IMG/VR virus record: IMGVR_UViG_3300050821_012719
Span: 1 to 60,935 of that record
Direction: 5' to 3' (one strand)
From: a virus
Length of the DNA: 60,935 nt
The position numbers were made by a program, and so were the translations under genes. The notes beneath the pieces are model-generated. The model was not told the DNA's origin, searched no databases, and worked only from the letters and a program-made list of their open reading frames with translations. Below are positions 58,525 through 60,935 of this stretch, one piece after another; position 1 is the first letter of the stretch; each line of letters opens with the position of its first letter.

Positions 58525-59144
58525 CGCCGTTGCCCACCCATCGGTCGAGGCTGTATGCGATTCCGCATCCCGTTCTCGCCGAACTGACCCTCGAGGGCGA
58601 GACGGCGGATCTCGATCTGCCTAGAGATGACCTTCATGTTCCGACTCGCGATGTCGCTGATTGCCTCGAGACTGAGCTTGTACTGCTTCAGCTTCTGCGC
58701 CTCGAGCAGAGCCTCCTGGTAGATGGGATCGTCCAGCACCTCGACGTCCATCTCCGCCTCCTTCAGCCGCTCCTCCTTCGGCCGGAGCTTGTTCGTCTCC
58801 TTGAGGCGCTTGCGGATACGGGCGTCGATCAGCTTCATCTGGTTCTCGGCCTGGAGAAGACCTGAGATGATTTCCGCCAGGGTTGGCGTCAGGTAGTTGA
58901 ACCAGGCGAGTTGGTTGGCGTACATGTCCGTGTACGCTCGCTCGTCGGTGGTGGACAACATCTCGCCGGTGACTTCGGCGAGAGTGGTGTTTGGTTGTGA
59001 GGGCTTGTGCAGACCCATCTTCTTCAGGTCCTCGTCCACGGAGGGCTGCGTGTTGAACTTCTCGAGGATGGCCTCGAGCTCGGTCATCGAGACACCGAGG
59101 GACACCGGTGTCGCCAGGCCGCCCGTGCTGGGTGTTCGTTCCAT
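58521..59144 (-). CDS. Helical protein, possibly a UvsY-like recombination mediator
   Basis: Long coiled helices, DP.Y...; lies between the resolvase and kinase genes. Confidence 0.5.
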   Translation of the reverse strand: MERTPSTGGLATPVSLGVSMTELEAILEKFNTQPSVDEDLKKMGLHKPSQPNTTLAEVTGEMLSTTDERAYTDMYANQLAWFNYLTPTLAEIISGLLQAENQMKLIDARIRKRLKETNKLRPKEERLKEAEMDVEVLDDPIYQEALLEAQKLKQYKLSLEAISDIASRNMKVISRQIEIRRLALEGQFGENGMRNRIQPRPMGGQRR

Positions 59145-59146
59145 CG

Positions 59147-59848
59147 CTACCCCTTCATGGCGTACTCGAGATGCATCTGGAGTGCCTCGAGGGTGGAGTT
59201 GTTGTCGAAGATGAGGTCGAAGTACTCGTCCGGCACTTCGAGCTGCTCGGTCTCGCTGTTGTGCTTCGCCATGGCCCCCTTCAGTCCAGAGCCCGCACGC
59301 TTGATGCGCCAGAGCTTCCCACCGTTCGCGCGGATCGCCTCCATCTCGTTCTTGTAGCGGATGTCGGGAACCGCCACGATCTCGTACCAGGCATGCTTCG
59401 GGAGAGCCATCTCCCAGAGAACACCTGATGGGGCCTTGTACGAGAACCCTCGACTCAAGATGGCGACGGCATTGCCCAGCAAGATCTCGACCCACGTGTC
59501 GAGGTAGTTGTTCCGCCCCCACTCGGTGCCGAGCATCTGGAGGGCGTATCGCGGCGTGAGGTAGCACTGCGGTGCCTCAACGTCGTTCTTTTCGCCACAG
59601 CATGCGCACTCGCGCAAGATCTCCTCACCTTTGGTGAAGACGTGATTCTTGCGTGGGTACTCCAGGATCTTCTCGTTGCGCTTCTCGCTCGGCCCCCAGA
59701 GATGCTCGATGGTCATCGCCGGGTAGACCTTGCGAGTGAGGCGCTTCATCTCGTCGGCCAAGGCTACCTTCACGGACTTGAACGGAGAGAGCATGTCGGC
59801 GAGCGTGTCTTTTCCTGACTTGGAGACGCCGTTGATTCCGATGAGCAT
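59147..59848 (-). CDS. Deoxynucleoside monophosphate kinase (T4 gp1-like)
   Basis: IGINGVSKSGKDT; TPRYALQMLGTEWGR; PDIRYKNE; HNSE. Confidence 0.9.
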   Translation of the reverse strand: MLIGINGVSKSGKDTLADMLSPFKSVKVALADEMKRLTRKVYPAMTIEHLWGPSEKRNEKILEYPRKNHVFTKGEEILRECACCGEKNDVEAPQCYLTPRYALQMLGTEWGRNNYLDTWVEILLGNAVAILSRGFSYKAPSGVLWEMALPKHAWYEIVAVPDIRYKNEMEAIRANGGKLWRIKRAGSGLKGAMAKHNSETEQLEVPDEYFDLIFDNNSTLEALQMHLEYAMKG

Positions 59849-59866
59849 GATGCCTCCTTGAGGGAT

Positions 59867-59893
59867 GGCTGCCCGGCACGATGCCGGGCAGCC
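59867..59893. terminator. GC-rich intergenic hairpin
   Basis: GGCTGCCCGGCA-cga-TGCCGGGCAGCC. Confidence 0.6.
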
Positions 59894-59901
59894 GATCTCT
59901 T

Positions 59902-60303
59902 TTACCGCCGCGTGGCGGCCATCTTGTACGCGGCGTTGCTGGTCGCGAAGTTCTGCTTCCAGGTCCAGTCGTCCATCACGTAGTGCCGAAACTCCTGCTC
60001 GGAGACGTACACCTCGTCCTTGGTGCAGTACTCGAGCATCAGGATGACACGGTTGTAGTCGCCCTCGTGACTCTCCGGCTCTTCGAAGGGCACCATCCGC
60101 TCGGTGTCCTTGCCGTCCTTGGCCAGGGAGAGTTGAAACTCGAAGTGCCGGATGAGGGCCTTCTTGTGATCCTCGACGGCCTCGGCGTACTCCTCGAGGT
60201 GCTTCTGAAGGCTCTTCCTGAGGGTCTCCTCGAGCTTCTTCTTGTTGACGCTGATGATACTGCCCTTGATCTGCGTGGGGTCGATTGCCTCTCCGACGAG
60301 CAT
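59902..60303 (-). CDS. Hypothetical protein (may start at 60396)
   Basis: AAGGAG RBS; P.SH..DYNRVI.MLE.....EF..YVMDDW.WK. Confidence 0.7.
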   Translation of the reverse strand: MLVGEAIDPTQIKGSIISVNKKKLEETLRKSLQKHLEEYAEAVEDHKKALIRHFEFQLSLAKDGKDTERMVPFEEPESHEGDYNRVILMLEYCTKDEVYVSEQEFRHYVMDDWTWKQNFATSNAAYKMAATRR

Positions 60304-60392
60304 GTTTCCACTCCTTCTTCGAACCGCTGCGTTGAGTGCGTACTTCTCTTCGAGGTGAGCCAGTTCCTGCCTGATGGCTTCCTGGCCAGGTC

Positions 60393-60935
60393 TCATGCTG
60401 CCTGCTGGAGCTTCGGCATCTCGGGCAACAGACGGCCGGCGACCTTCTGAAGCTCGATCTTGCGCTCCTCGTTCTCGACCTCGCCGGCGAGCCAGGAGAT
60501 GGCGTTGCTCATGCGCCACATGCTGTTGCCGGCAGGGAGCAGCTCGACGTCGGGCTCGTTGAACTTCTTGTTGGCCCTCTCGATCTCCTCCTTGGTCATG
60601 TACTTCTTGAGGAGCTCGACGACATTCTTGCGGCGATCGTCGGTGAGTTCCTGCTCGGCGGCCTTGCGGATGACCCCCTGCATCGTCTCGATGCGCGACG
60701 TGTCGAGGTTGGCCCGGACGACGTCTTGGAGCGCCGAGACTGTGGTCTTCTGGTCCAGGTCGTACGTCTCCTGCGAGTACTCGACCTCCTCGTCGAGCCT
60801 CTTGCCGAGATGGACTCGACGCATCGGGTCGCCGCCGATGGCCCCGTTGCGGCACCGCAGCCGCAGCAGGAAGGAGACGACGTTCAGAGCGCCGTTGCCG
60901 AAGTCGCTGTTCTCGAAGTTGACTCCGTAGGCCAT
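60393..60935 (-). CDS. DUF932/DUF945-like protein (5' end outside the window)
   Basis: NSDFG.GAL.V...LLRLRCRNG......R.VH.G. Confidence 0.7.
   Translation of the reverse strand: MAYGVNFENSDFGNGALNVVSFLLRLRCRNGAIGGDPMRRVHLGKRLDEEVEYSQETYDLDQKTTVSALQDVVRANLDTSRIETMQGVIRKAAEQELTDDRRKNVVELLKKYMTKEEIERANKKFNEPDVELLPAGNSMWRMSNAISWLAGEVENEERKIELQKVAGRLLPEMPKLQQAA

Noticed and set aside
545-60855. Numerous long overlapping or antisense ORFs (e.g. 545-1384 +, 22846-24054 -, 53904-55043 -, 55341-56297 -)
   Set aside because: Shadow ORFs expected from high GC3; they overlap well-supported genes and give Arg/Pro-rich or mirror translations.
1-60935. tRNA/rRNA genes, integrase, IS elements, capsid/terminase/sheath genes
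   Set aside because: None recognised by eye; tRNAscan-SE and profile searches would be needed to exclude them.

Overview
This window looks like part of a large, GC-rich tailed bacteriophage genome (jumbo/myovirus-like); it is not bacterial chromosome. It has three blocks. (1) About 0.3-28.5 kb: a dense + strand run of small, often ATGA-coupled accessory ORFs. Recognisable ones include a cupin-like protein, a GNAT, a lipoprotein Cys-phosphatase, a minimal nucleotidyltransferase, a NUDIX hydrolase, a SpoU/TrmH methyltransferase, an HNH nuclease, a CheY-like receiver, a Spo11/TopoVI-like Toprim protein, a histone H1-like protein, a GT-B glycosyltransferase and a nucleoside deoxyribosyltransferase-like protein. 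(2) About 29.1-56.4 kb: a + strand baseplate/tail/fibre module, including a 1513-aa Gly-rich fibre with about 40 copies of a 21-aa repeat. (3) About 56.5-60.9 kb: a convergent - strand DNA-metabolism block (RusA-like resolvase, dNMP kinase, DUF932-like). The standout is at 318-2422. A stand-alone RAMP/Cas7-like gene and a partner gene are followed by a ~520-bp non-coding array of 9-10 units of 45-61 nt. Each unit begins with a (G)CAGGTCA-like motif and is built from NN-GGA pentamers, and the array is bounded by two hairpins. This is a candidate non-CRISPR, RNA-guided viral system. All product calls come from motif recognition by eye; no database searches were run.
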